From assembly GCA_963827235.1 (NCBI GenBank), contig CAWHAE010000016.1, positions 736,001 to 800,000 on the forward strand: 64,000 nt of DNA. The letters run 5' to 3'. The notes under the pieces were generated by a model, which saw only the letters and a list, made by a program, of their open reading frames with translations, made no database searches and had not been told where the DNA came from. Every line of letters begins with the position of its first letter. The first letter of the stretch is position 1. This document shows, piece after piece, positions 1 through 9,749 of the stretch. Both the position numbers and the translations under genes were made by a program. Origin of the DNA: an uncultured bacterium (lineage in GTDB: Bacteria > Chloroflexota > UBA5177 > JANWHV01).

Positions 1-2611
1 GGGCAGGCAACTGTGCTTCCGCGTGCACGCGGGCGACCAGCGCAGCACGGCGCTCCGGGTCCTGAAGCGCATCCATCACCTCCAGGCCCTCGAAGGCGTC
101 CTTGCAGTAGAACACGCCCGCCCCGTACGGCGTCTTGCCGTCCGGCAGGGCCACGCGACGGCCGAACTCGCGGTTGATGGCGGCGCCGCCAATCAGCACC
201 GGGTAGTCGAGCCCGCGGTGGACGAGCTCCTGCACGCAGAGAGCCATCTGCTTCGAGGTGGAGACGAGCAGTGCCGACAGGCCGATCGCGCTTGCTCCTA
301 CCTCCTCCGCCTTGTCCAGGATGACGTTGACCGGCACCTGCTTGCCGAGGTCGTGCACGATGTAGCCGTTGTTGGACAATATGGTGCCGACCAGATTCTT
401 GCCGATGTCGTGCACGTCGCCAAATACCGTGGCCAGCACGACCGAACCCTTGCTGTAGCCTTCGCGCCTCTCGAGGAAGTTCTCCAGGTAGGCCACCGCG
501 CGTTTCATCACCTCCGCGCTTTGCAGCACGAAGGGCAGGATCAGTTCTCCGGCCCCGAACTTGTCCCCCACCTCCTTCATGGCCGGCAGAAGTACCTCGT
601 TCAGCACCTCGACCGGTCCGTGGCGCGTCAAGGCCTGGTCGATCAGCGCCTCTATGCCGTCCTTCTTGCGATGCAGGATCTGGTAGTGGATACGCTGCTC
701 GGCACACATAGTTTCGACGGACTCGGCCGCCTTCTCGTTGCGCGCCGGCGTGGCGCTCTGGAAGTACTCGATCAGGCGCGCCAGGGCGTCGGGCCGCCGG
801 TCGAAGACGAGGTCGTCGGCGAGCTCGCGCTGCTCGCCCGGGATCTCGGCGTAGGGGAGCACGTCCTTCGGATTGACGATGGCAAGGTCGAGTCCCGCCT
901 CGACGGCGTGGTACAGGAACACGCTGTTCAGCACCGCGCGCGCGTGCGCCATCAGGCCGAACGACACATTGCTCACGCCGAGCACGGTGAGCACGCCCGG
1001 CAGGGCAGCTTTGATCAGGCGAATGCCCTCCAGCGTCTCGATCGCCGAACGCCGCCACTCCTCCTCACCTGTAGACAGCACGAACGTAAGGGCGTCGAAG
1101 ACAAGGTCCTCGGGCCACAGCCCGTATTCTCCGACGGCGATCTCGTGGATCCGCCGCGCTACATCCAGCTTTCTCTCCGCGGTCCGCGCCATGCCCACTT
1201 CGTCGATGGTCAGCGCAACCACGGCGGCGCCATGGGCGCGGGCGAGCGGTAGCACGCTCTCGATCCGCTTGCGGCCGTTCTCCATATTGATGGAGTTGAT
1301 CAGGGCGCGGCCGGGGTATTGCTCCAGAGCCGCCTGAATCACGCTCGCCTCGGTGCTGTCGATGACCAGCGGCGCCTCGACGCCCGTGGCCAGCCTCTTG
1401 ACCAGCCGGCGCATCAGGTCGGCCTCATCGGGTCGCTCAGTCACGGCGACCTGCACGTCCAGCGTGTGGGCACCTCCCTCGACCTGCTGGCGGGCAATGG
1501 CGAGAAGGCCTTCGTAGTCCTCGGCCAGCACGAGCCGCTTGGCCGCCCGACTGCCCTGCGCGTTGACCCGCTCCCCAATCAATAGCGGCGCGGGTACCTG
1601 ATGCATATCGATGGCACGTATGGCGCCGGCCAGCATTGGCGGGTGCCTTCGAGGCAGCGCCTTCGGCTTCCGCGTGCCCACGGCCTCCACCACCATGCGC
1701 AGGTGCTCCGGCGTGGTGCCGCAGCAACCGCCCACTACGTTGACGCCCAGATCCTCCACGAACTCGAGCAGGGCGGCAGCCATGGGCTGCGGCAGCATTG
1801 GGTATACCGCTTTGCCGCCCACGTTGCGCGGGATGCCGGCGTTGGGAATCACAGCGATCGGCTTGGTGCAGAACTCAGTCAGGTAACGCACGGGCTCGCG
1901 CATGTGGTCCGGACCCGTGCTGCAGTTCAGCCCGATGACATCGGCACCCGCCGCCTCCATGATCACCATGGCCGCACCGATATCCGTTCCCATCAGCATG
2001 CGTCCGCTGGTATCCAGCGTCACCTGGGCCTGGATAGGCACCACGATTCCGGTTGCCAGCATGGCCTGGCGGGCTCCGGCGAGCGCTGCCTTTAGCTCCA
2101 GGATGTCCTGCGAGGTCTCCACGATCAGCAGGTCGGCGCCGCCTTCCAGCAGTGCGCCTGCCTGCTCGCCATAGATCTCGGCCAACTCCTGAAAGGTCAT
2201 GCCGCCCAACATGGGATCGTCGCTGGATGGCAGCATACCGGTCGGACCCATGGAGCCGGCGACAAATCTCGGCTTGCCGGGCGTGGCAAACTGATCGGCA
2301 GTCTCCCTGGCCAGGCGTGCCGCGGCCACGTTAACCTCACGGGTCTTCTCACCCAGACCGTACTCGTTCAGGCGCAGCCGTGTGGCGTTGAACGTGTCTG
2401 TCTCGATCACGTCGCAGCCGACGGCAAGAAAGGAGGAATGGATGGCTCGTATCACGTCGGGCCGCGTGAGCACCAGAATATCGTTGCAGCCCTCGCTACC
2501 GCCAAAGTCCCCGGCGTTGAGGTCGACCGCCTGGATCGACGTACCCATGGCTCCGTCGAAGATCAGCACGCGCCGGTCAAGCGCCGCCAAGTATGGAGGT
2601 AGTACAGCCAT
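1..2611 (-). CDS. metH: Cobalamin-dependent methionine synthase, 3' end runs off the window
   Basis: Not in the ORF track because it is open at the edge. My translation from ATG 2611 gives MAVLPPYLAALDRRVLIFDGAMGTSIQ...GCNDILVLTRPDVI...VIETDTFNA, then GLNCSTGP, GGCCGTTP and IGERVNAQGS (homocysteine and pterin domains). GAGGT RBS upstream. Confidence 0.95.
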   Translation of the reverse strand, partial: MAVLPPYLAALDRRVLIFDGAMGTSIQAVDLNAGDFGGSEGCNDILVLTRPDVIRAIHSSFLAVGCDVIETDTFNATRLRLNEYGLGEKTREVNVAAARLARETADQFATPGKPRFVAGSMGPTGMLPSSDDPMLGGMTFQELAEIYGEQAGALLEGGADLLIVETSQDILELKAALAGARQAMLATGIVVPIQAQVTLDTSGRMLMGTDIGAAMVIMEAAGADVIGLNCSTGPDHMREPVRYLTEFCTKPIAVIPNAGIPRNVGGKAVYPMLPQPMAAALLEFVEDLGVNVVGGCCGTTPEHLRMVVEAVGTRKPKALPRRHPPMLAGAIRAIDMHQVPAPLLIGERVNAQGSRAAKRLVLAEDYEGLLAIARQQVEGGAHTLDVQVAVTERPDEADLMRRLVKRLATGVEAPLVIDSTEASVIQAALEQYPGRALINSINMENGRKRIESVLPLARAHGAAVVALTIDEVGMARTAERKLDVARRIHEIAVGEYGLWPEDLVFDALTFVLSTGEEEWRRSAIETLEGIRLIKAALPGVLTVLGVSNVSFGLMAHARAVLNSVFLYHAVEAGLDLAIVNPKDVLPYAEIPGEQRELADDLVFDRRPDALARLIEYFQSATPARNEKAAESVETMCAEQRIHYQILHRKKDGIEALIDQALTRHGPVEVLNEVLLPAMKEVGDKFGAGELILPFVLQSAEVMKRAVAYLENFLERREGYSKGSVVLATVFGDVHDIGKNLVGTILSNNGYIVHDLGKQVPVNVILDKAEEVGASAIGLSALLVSTSKQMALCVQELVHRGLDYPVLIGGAAINREFGRRVALPDGKTPYGAGVFYCKDAFEGLEVMDALQDPERRAALVARVHAEAQLPA

Positions 2612-2822
2612 CGGCAACCTCAGAGAATACATTGGCCGGAGGCCCGGCCCCGCCGCGCAGCTCCGAGAACACTCAGCACGCAACAGTCTTGCATGCACGC
2701 GGCCTGCATTAGCCGGCAGGCCCTCGCTACTTCGATCATAGCAGTGCGACGGAGAATGGCCGCGCCTTCGGTAGACTGATGAGAGACGGCGCTGGCGCCT
2801 ACTCTGGTCAGAATGGGGAGAA

Positions 2823-3767
2823 GTGATGGATTATCGGCAGGCAGGTGCATCCGGCCTCAAGGTTTCGGCGGTCGGCCTGGGAACCAACAACTTCGGTGGG
2901 CGTACGGACGAGGCGCAGTCCGTCCTGGTGATCGACCGCGCGCTGGAGGCCGGGATCACCTCGATCGATACCGCCGACGTCTACAGCCAGGGACGCTCAG
3001 AGGAGATCATCGGCCGGGCGCTGCGCGGACGGCGGCACCGGGCGGAAATCCTGACCAAGGTCCACGGCGCGATGGGCAGCGGGCCGCACGATCGAGGCTC
3101 GGGCAGGCGGCACATCATCCAGGCCTGCGAGGACAGCCTCAGGAGGCTGCAGACGGACTACATCGACCTCTACCAGCTCCATAGCTGGGACTCGGAGACG
3201 CCGATTGAGGAGAGCCTGCGCGCGCTCGACGATCTGGTTCGCGCCGGGAAAGTGCGCTACGTGGGCTGCTCCAACTTCGCCGCCTGGCAGCTGGCGTGGA
3301 GCTTGTGGACAAGCGATCGCCGCGGCTACGCGTCCTTCGTCACGGTTCAGCCGCACTACAATCTGTTCGAGCGCGCCGTGGAAGCGGAGCTCGTCCCCGC
3401 GTGCACGGCGTTCGGCGTCGGCATCATTCCCTATTTCCCACTGGTGGGTGGCCTGCTCACCGGCAAGTACACATCAGCCGCAAGCGTGCCCGAGGGAACC
3501 CGCTATCACGGGAGCGAGCGCTGGATGCAGCAGCTCACGGGGGAGAAGCTTGGCGCAGTCGCCGCGCTGAAGCGGCTGGCCGAGAGCCACGGCAAGACCG
3601 TCGGCCAGCTCGCCATCGCATGGCTGCTGGCACAGCCGGCCGTGTGCACGGTGATTGCCGGGGCAACACGGCCGGAGCAGGTCGAGGAGAACGCCGGCGC
3701 ATCCTCCTGGGCGCTGGACGCCTCGGTGCTCGCCCAGGTCGCCGAGATTGTCACGCCACCCGCCTGA
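2823..3767 (+). CDS. Aldo/keto reductase
   Basis: GLGTNNFG, IDTADVYSQGRSEEIIG, SLRRLQTDYIDLYQLH, GKVRYVGCSNF motifs. Start may be ATG 2826. Confidence 0.93.
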   Translation: MMDYRQAGASGLKVSAVGLGTNNFGGRTDEAQSVLVIDRALEAGITSIDTADVYSQGRSEEIIGRALRGRRHRAEILTKVHGAMGSGPHDRGSGRRHIIQACEDSLRRLQTDYIDLYQLHSWDSETPIEESLRALDDLVRAGKVRYVGCSNFAAWQLAWSLWTSDRRGYASFVTVQPHYNLFERAVEAELVPACTAFGVGIIPYFPLVGGLLTGKYTSAASVPEGTRYHGSERWMQQLTGEKLGAVAALKRLAESHGKTVGQLAIAWLLAQPAVCTVIAGATRPEQVEENAGASSWALDASVLAQVAEIVTPPA

Positions 3768-3802
3768 GCAGGCAGCCGTTCCCTCGCTCCGCCGTCGGCC
3801 TG

Positions 3803-4621
3803 CTACGGCTTCGCGCGGTCTCGATAGATGCGCGACGCCTCGCCCAAGAACTCGGCTTCCTTGCCGGAGTATGGAGGCTGGAAGGGCTGCTGCTCTCGAG
3901 GCATGCCCTCGTACCGCGTCCACCAGTGCTCCAGACCGTCGGCCACCGCGGCGCTGCCCTGCGTGAACGCCGCGATCAGCTCGGCCTGGAGCCGGGCCAC
4001 GGCCTGCGCATCCTCGCAGCCCGGGTCTGCCCCGGCCGAAACCAGCCGCTTCAGCTTGGAGGCGATCAAGGCGTACTGCTCGTCTACCTTGCGCTGTTCC
4101 TCCTCGGTCCAGGGCGGACGCGCGGCCAGCTGACGCCGCGCCTCGTCGCCGTACGACGCCTCGCTCAGCTCGTCCATCCGCGTCCGCTGCTCGGGCGTGA
4201 AGTACTTCGCTTGCCACTCGTCCTTCTGCTGCACCTGCATTACCTCCACTATCTCGACCAGTGAATCCCATATGCTGCTTCCCCGCGCCAGCGCCTCTTC
4301 GGCGAGGCCGATTGCCCGGATGACAGCCTCGATGTGCCCAAGCTTCTCGCTCATCATCGCCCTCTGCGCCGCCAGCCTGGCCGGCAGATCGACGGGCCCG
4401 GTTCGCAGGCAGGCCCTGATCTGGTCCAGCGAGAAGCCGAGGAACTTGAGAGCGAGAATGTGTTGCAGACGTGTCGCGTCTGCTTCGCTGTAGAGTCTGT
4501 AGCCAGACTTCGAGTGGGAGGCGGGCGACAATATGCCGATCTGGTCGTAATACCGCAGCGTGCGAACGGAGACCGACAGCCTGGCGGCAAAGGCTCCCGC
4601 CGAATAGAGACGGCCGTTCAT
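3803..4621 (-). CDS. MerR-family regulator with C-terminal TipAS-like ligand domain (Mta/TipA type)
   Basis: N-terminal VSVRTLRYYDQIGIL...GYRLYS MerR HTH. C-terminal ADPGCEDAQAVARLQAELIAAFTQG resembles TipAS. Confidence 0.9.
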   Translation of the reverse strand: MNGRLYSAGAFAARLSVSVRTLRYYDQIGILSPASHSKSGYRLYSEADATRLQHILALKFLGFSLDQIRACLRTGPVDLPARLAAQRAMMSEKLGHIEAVIRAIGLAEEALARGSSIWDSLVEIVEVMQVQQKDEWQAKYFTPEQRTRMDELSEASYGDEARRQLAARPPWTEEEQRKVDEQYALIASKLKRLVSAGADPGCEDAQAVARLQAELIAAFTQGSAAVADGLEHWWTRYEGMPREQQPFQPPYSGKEAEFLGEASRIYRDRAKP

Positions 4622-4645
4622 TGGCGAGCCTCCTTCCCGGTCTCG

Positions 4646-4676
4646 AACATACGAGATGACGTAACGTCAGGGTCAA
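4646..4676 (-). promoter_or_regulatory. MerR-type promoter with 19-bp spacer and dyad operator
   Basis: Minus strand TTGACC-N19-TATGTT. Palindrome TGACGT-A-ACGTCA (4657-4669) lies in the spacer, upstream of the merR-family gene. Confidence 0.85.
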
Positions 4677-4837
4677 GTACCTCGCAGTGTCATAGCCCTG
4701 GCCCGGGTGTGCTCGCGGTGACAGAATCTTGACGCGGCGATCGGTGGCCCGCGTGACGTCTTGGCGCGCTTTCGGGTTGATCCTGGAGGACACCGCCCAG
4801 TGTTCGCCGAATTCTGAGCACGAAAGGCACTTCTCAC

Positions 4838-5380
4838 ATGTTCAGTCAGATCAAGCCCGCGCTTCACCCCCGGCTGGGTGTGGCAATCGCCCTGCTGGTC
4901 GTCACGATGGGCACGACCTTGCCTTCCACTCCCGCCGCCCTATCGAGCGCATCGCCGGTGCCGGTTGCCGCGCCCTGCATTCCGGCGGGACACGGCGCGG
5001 GCGTCGTGCCCGCAGTGAGCTTCGGCCGCAAAGGCGGAAACATCCGTCCCTATGAGGTCGACATCGCACCGGACGGCACGATCGCCTACAGCGGGACCAA
5101 GCCGCTGGCGAACGGTTACGCCATCACCTGGCAGGCCGTCCAGGGCATCGTTCAGCTAGCCGGTGCCATGGGATTTTGGACGTGGCCGGGCAAGCTTACT
5201 GCCTCGCATCCTAACCCCGACGTCGGCACGTTCTACGTTACGGTGCGGCAGGGCTGCAGTAATTCTGTCAAAACGGTGAGCGGGCCGGGCATGCCGCTGC
5301 TCACCTTCGCCGAGCTCTACGATACGCTGGTGGCCGCCACCGGACTGGGTACCGGCACCTCACCTTCATCGCGCACGTAG
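4838..5380 (+). CDS. Secreted hypothetical protein
   Basis: 180 aa. N-terminal hydrophobic signal-like segment, two Cys, ordinary globular composition. Confidence 0.7.
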   Translation: MFSQIKPALHPRLGVAIALLVVTMGTTLPSTPAALSSASPVPVAAPCIPAGHGAGVVPAVSFGRKGGNIRPYEVDIAPDGTIAYSGTKPLANGYAITWQAVQGIVQLAGAMGFWTWPGKLTASHPNPDVGTFYVTVRQGCSNSVKTVSGPGMPLLTFAELYDTLVAATGLGTGTSPSSRT

Positions 5381-5492
5381 CGACGGCTTCCGGCAGTGAG
5401 GTGGAACCGCGGGGCACGCAGGCTCCGCCACAAAGCCAGTCCGAGAAAGGCCTGTCCCAGCACCGGGAGGCAAGCGGCCTGACTTGGGAGGG

Positions 5493-5954
5493 CTACTCCA
5501 GTTTTCCGGCCGCCCGCAAGATCGCCTGCAGGCCGCGATCCAGCGTCGCCAGACCGTCATCGCCAAGCGTCACCTGCATTCGGCTCCGCAGGCCGCACAC
5601 GTGCACCTGGGTGGCACGCTCGAGAGCGTCGCGCCCCGCCGCGGTTAGGCAAACGTACGTGACCCTCCGGTCGTGCCGGCAGGGCCGCCGCTTAACCAGC
5701 CCGGCCCGCTCCATGCGGTCGACCAGCCTGGTCACCCCCCCGCTGGTAAACGCTGTGGCCTGCAGTAGCTCGCTCATTGGTCGCTGACCTGCCTCGAGGC
5801 GTCCGAGGTGCAGCAGCACACCGTACCACAGCAGGGGAAGCCCGGTCTCAGAGACCATCTCTCGATCGAGCTCCTGCGAGAGCAACGCGTGAACCTCCAC
5901 CAGGTGCCCAAAAGCCGTGATCAGAGGATCGTCGATCGTGGTTCTGCCATCCAT
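5493..5954 (-). CDS. MarR-family transcriptional regulator
   Basis: TSGGVTRLVDRMERAGLVKR...DRRVTYVCLTAAGR winged HTH. Start set at ATG 5954, 6 nt after a TATAGT -10 box (likely leaderless). Confidence 0.9.
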   Translation of the reverse strand: MDGRTTIDDPLITAFGHLVEVHALLSQELDREMVSETGLPLLWYGVLLHLGRLEAGQRPMSELLQATAFTSGGVTRLVDRMERAGLVKRRPCRHDRRVTYVCLTAAGRDALERATQVHVCGLRSRMQVTLGDDGLATLDRGLQAILRAAGKLE

Positions 5955-5960
5955 GGTCTT

Positions 5961-6007
5961 ACTATACCGGCCGACCATTTGACACGTCAATTACTGACAG
6001 GTAAGGT
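5961..6007. promoter_or_regulatory. Overlapping divergent sigma70 promoters with tandem palindromic (MarR) operators
   Basis: Plus strand TTGACA(5979)-N17-TAAGGT. Minus strand TTGACG-N18-TATAGT. Palindromes TTGAC-AC-GTCAA (5979-5990) and TTAC-N6-GTAA (5991-6004). Confidence 0.75.
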
Positions 6008-6076
6008 TTATGAGAGGCGTCGCCGGCCGTCGAACCGGGATGCTCACGGCGCGAGCGCGAGCTTCGGAGACTGAAC

Positions 6077-6967
6077 ATGGGAACACAGGCACAGACCGCA
6101 TCAATCACTACCATCGATCCACGCACGACCGTCGGCGACGTGTCGCTAACCGTGGCGGACCTGGACCGCAGCATCGATTTCTACGCTGCCGCCTTCGGAC
6201 TGACGCCGAATGGACGAGACGGCAAATCGTCATGGCTGGGCACGCCGGGCGTCTCACTTCTTCATCTCGTGGAGGAACGCCATGCCCGGCCATGGCCCGG
6301 CCACTTCACCGGTCTCTTTCATTTCGCCGTTCTGGTTCCCACTCGCGCCGACCTCGGCCGGTGGCTCAGGCACTGGCTGGAGACCGGTCATCCGCTGCCG
6401 GGTCAGGGAGACCACCTGGTCAGCGAAGCGCTGTACCTCTCGGACCCGGATGGGAACGGAATCGAGATCTACCGCGATCGACCGCGAAGCGAATGGGCCT
6501 GGGATAGCGGCCGGGTGCGCATGGCTACGGACCCGGTCGACCTGGAAGGCGTGATCGCCTCCGGGGACGCCTCCGGCCAGGCGTGGCACGGTCTGCCGGA
6601 CGACACCCGTATCGGCCACATCCACCTTCAGGTCGGCGACATCGCGCGGGCAGCCGGTTTCTATCACGACGTGCTGGGCTTCGACATCGTCGCCAGCATG
6701 CCGAGCGCGTTGTTCGTCTCGGCAGGCGGCTATCACCACCACATTGGCCTGAACACGTGGCAGAGCCGCGGAGCTGCCGCCGCCCCCGATGGGTATGCCG
6801 GCCTTAGACACTTCACCATCCAGCTTGCCGACCATGAGGCGCGTGCCGCGGTCGTAGACCGCATCAGGTCCGCGGGCTGCGACACGGCGGACGAAGCTGG
6901 GGACGTGGTCGTCGAAGACCCCTGGAAGAACGTGATCCGCCTCCGCGTCGGCACAGACCGCGTCTAG
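6077..6967 (+). CDS. VOC-family protein, catechol 2,3-dioxygenase (CatE-like)
   Basis: GLFHFAVLVPTRADL, DHLVSEALYLSDPDGNGIEIYRDRP, IGHIHLQV, FVSAGGYHHHIGLNTW motifs. Confidence 0.88.
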   Translation: MGTQAQTASITTIDPRTTVGDVSLTVADLDRSIDFYAAAFGLTPNGRDGKSSWLGTPGVSLLHLVEERHARPWPGHFTGLFHFAVLVPTRADLGRWLRHWLETGHPLPGQGDHLVSEALYLSDPDGNGIEIYRDRPRSEWAWDSGRVRMATDPVDLEGVIASGDASGQAWHGLPDDTRIGHIHLQVGDIARAAGFYHDVLGFDIVASMPSALFVSAGGYHHHIGLNTWQSRGAAAAPDGYAGLRHFTIQLADHEARAAVVDRIRSAGCDTADEAGDVVVEDPWKNVIRLRVGTDRV

Positions 6968-7119
6968 CCGGGCCCGCCGCCGAGAGCACGGTCTATCGGT
7001 CTGCCATCCCTGGCGTGAGGGGCGCATTGCCTGCATCCGCTGCCGCGAACGCGGTCCAAGGCGATGCGCCCTTATGTGCCGATGCGCGCTGCAACCGCAC
7101 CGGACACGTGCTGTTCCGG

Positions 7120-8145
7120 TCAGGTCGCGCTCGACCTTGCCCAGAGGTTGATGTCGCCTTCAGACGCGTAGCGATCGATCCCGGCCAGTTCGTCGGCAGT
7201 GAACTGCAGCTTCTCGAGCGCGCCCAGGCAGTCTTCGAGCTGGCCGATGCTGCTGACCCCGATCAGAGTGGAGGTAACGCGCGGATCGCGCAAGGTCCAG
7301 GCCAGCGCCATCTGAGCCAGCGTCTGCCCCCGTTTCTTGGCTAGGTCGTTCAGGGCTCGAATGCGGAGCAGGTTGTCGGCCGTCAACAGCTTGGGCGAGA
7401 GGCTGCCGTTCTGACTGGCACGCGAGCCTTCGGGAACGCCGTTCAGGTACTTGTCGCTCAGCATGCCCTGCGCAAGCGGCGAGAAGACGATGCACCCCGC
7501 TCCCTCGTCGGCCAGGGCCTCGAGCAGGCCTCCCTCGATCCAGCGGTTGAGCATGGAGTACGAGGGCTGGTGGATCAGCAGTGGCGTCCCCATGCGGCGC
7601 AGGATAGAGGCTGCCTCGCGAGTCTTGGCGGCGGAATACGAGGAGATGCCGGCATAGAGCGCTTTGCCCGCTCGCACCGCACTGTCCAGCGCGCCCATCG
7701 TCTCTTCCAGGGCGGTATTCGGATCGAATCGATGCGAGTAGAAGATGTCGACGTATTCCAACCCCATGCGCTTGAGCGACTGGTCCAGGCTCGCCAGCAG
7801 GTACTTGCGCGATCCCCATTCACCGTAAGGACCCGGCCACATGTCGTAGCCGGCCTTGGTGGAGATGACCAGCTCGTCACGGTATGGCTTGAAGTCCGAG
7901 GCGAAGATGTGGCCGAAGTTCGTCTCAGCCGAGCCGTAGGGCGGCCCGTAGTTGTTGGCCAGATCGAAATGGGTGACTCCCAGATCGAAGGCGCGGCGCA
8001 GGATAGCGCGCTGTGTCTCCAGGGGTCGACCATCGCCGAAGTTCTGCCAGAGACCCAGCGACACCGCCGGCAGCAGCAGCCCGCTGCGACCGCTGCGGCG
8101 GTAGATTATCTTGCCATATCGATCGGACGCTGCTTCGTAAGCCAC
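7120..8145 (-). CDS. L-glyceraldehyde 3-phosphate reductase (YghZ/Gpr-type aldo/keto reductase)
   Basis: GRSGLLLPAVSLGLWQNFG, THFDLANNYGPPYGSAE, STKAGYDMWPGPYGEWGSRKYL. GTG start 8145 follows AAGGAGG. Confidence 0.92.
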   Translation of the reverse strand: MAYEAASDRYGKIIYRRSGRSGLLLPAVSLGLWQNFGDGRPLETQRAILRRAFDLGVTHFDLANNYGPPYGSAETNFGHIFASDFKPYRDELVISTKAGYDMWPGPYGEWGSRKYLLASLDQSLKRMGLEYVDIFYSHRFDPNTALEETMGALDSAVRAGKALYAGISSYSAAKTREAASILRRMGTPLLIHQPSYSMLNRWIEGGLLEALADEGAGCIVFSPLAQGMLSDKYLNGVPEGSRASQNGSLSPKLLTADNLLRIRALNDLAKKRGQTLAQMALAWTLRDPRVTSTLIGVSSIGQLEDCLGALEKLQFTADELAGIDRYASEGDINLWARSSAT

Positions 8146-8319
8146 CTGGCCCTCCTTGTCCATCGCTGCCCGTTCGCCGGGCCGACTATCCAGTGCTTAG
8201 CTTACCGCCTGCTATCCCAGTCATGTGGCGCACCCTGCCGCGAGCGCAGCCGCGGACGGGGATCCACGATTGCCGACCACCGATCTCGGTGTCGCCGTCA
8301 TAGCTAGGGTCGTCAGCAT

Positions 8320-8529
8320 GTGCCGCGAGAGGATCGCCCAACAGCTATCAGCACACAGCAGATCGCGCCCGCGTCCGAGCGCTTCACCTTCGCCCGAATC
8401 AGGTGCAGCTGCCTGGACTGCCACTACTATCACCTTCGCCCACGTATGCACGGCTACAACGTCTGCGCCGGTCGGAAGGTGTTCCTTGCCATCCGCTTGC
8501 CAGATGATTGGGAAGGAGCAGAAGCTTGA
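8320..8529 (+). CDS. Possible small Cys/His-rich protein
   Basis: 69-aa ORF in an intergenic gap containing CSCLDCHYYH...C. No clear RBS. Confidence 0.3.
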   Translation: MPREDRPTAISTQQIAPASERFTFARIRCSCLDCHYYHLRPRMHGYNVCAGRKVFLAIRLPDDWEGAEA

Positions 8530-8796
8530 CTAGCGCATTCCGGCAGGCGGGGCGGCACTCCCCTGAAGTCAGGTTCGCCCGGCCGGCCCTTTGCGCACGC
8601 GGCTCAACCCATGCCGGCACGCAAGCGCCTTCGTCGCGTCCGTGCTCGCGGTAACCTGGAAACAACCGAAGCTCACGCTCCCAGCGAACGCACTCGCATC
8701 GCTACTGCCACACCCGACCCGCTGCGGCGGGATTCCGGAGCGCAATCAACAGCGGTTGGCAGGCCGGCAGCAGGTCGCCAGGCATGCGCGGAGCGC

Positions 8797-9576
8797 CTAT
8801 GTAGAGTGAGGCAGGCGGCCGGCGCCGTCTGCGGGCCGCGCCACCGCACGCCGGAGAAGCGACTTCGTGGCGTCCGGCGTGAACGCCTCGAGACCCACGC
8901 GCACGCCGCCTCGGCCGGGCACGGCGTAGCGGATCTTCACGTCCGATCGGCTGAGCCCATTCTGCCGCAGCACCTCGACTTCGGCGACGCCGGCCTCGCC
9001 AAGCAACGTGCAGACGCCGTCCACGGCGGCCGCCTCCGCGGCCACCACGACGCAGAGTCCGCCCTCGCTGACGTCGAGGACCTCGGCCCGCCACATACGC
9101 TCGCCGACATAAAGCCGGGCTGGGGCCACGACCGGCATGCGTTCGCTCGAACGCACGACCATCTCGCGCGGCGAGTCCGGCGACGCTGCGCCCTCGCGCA
9201 GAGCGCACAGAACCTCGTCTCGCAAGGCCACGGCTTGCCTTCGAGCGCGCCAGCTCTCGAGCACTCCGTTGAGGCGAGATGGCTTGGCGGCAAACTGGCC
9301 CGTTACCCAGACGGCCGATCCCTGCGGATCGGCCTCTTCCCCGGCATGAGCGGTCAGGCTGAGACGGAACACGGCCAGCGGTCCATCGTGGAGCTCGACC
9401 AGCACGGCCTGGCCGTCGCCATGCCGGCGCGCGGTCCATCGGTGTCCGCCGCCCCCACTGGAAGACCAGCGCAGCAGCGTGAACACGATAGCCTCCACGT
9501 CGAGCGCGATCGGCAGCATCATGGGTGCCAGCTCCTCAAGATGCTGGACGGTTTCCCCGGCAGCTCGCATACCCAT
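8797..9576 (-). CDS. PilZ-domain (c-di-GMP receptor) protein with unknown N-terminal domain
   Basis: C-terminal half has intact RSSER (RxxxR) and DVSEGG (DxSxxG) motifs. Start uncertain. Confidence 0.8.
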   Translation of the reverse strand: MGMRAAGETVQHLEELAPMMLPIALDVEAIVFTLLRWSSSGGGGHRWTARRHGDGQAVLVELHDGPLAVFRLSLTAHAGEEADPQGSAVWVTGQFAAKPSRLNGVLESWRARRQAVALRDEVLCALREGAASPDSPREMVVRSSERMPVVAPARLYVGERMWRAEVLDVSEGGLCVVVAAEAAAVDGVCTLLGEAGVAEVEVLRQNGLSRSDVKIRYAVPGRGGVRVGLEAFTPDATKSLLRRAVARPADGAGRLPHST

Positions 9577-9749
9577 GTAGATCCGCCGCTCCCACCAGAC
9601 GCTATTGATCCCCTATTCGCTGCAAGTATGCGACATTCGGGGGAGAAACGGTATGGGAAGATCGCCGCATGCGTTCCTGCCCACCTGAGGAGATTCCTGC
9701 TCCGTCCGCGGCCCGGCCAGCTGGGCCAAGGCGGCAGATGACCACGATC

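Noticed and set aside
23-2741. Long plus-strand ORFs (23-1252, 873-1337, 1601-2095 and others)
   Set aside because: Antisense shadows of metH, which is common in high-GC DNA. The same applies to most overlapping ORFs in the track.
2612-2822. SAM or cobalamin riboswitch upstream of metH
   Set aside because: Only CTCATC resembles SAM-I. The kink-turn, GCAACC and GTGC core elements are absent, and there is no B12 box.
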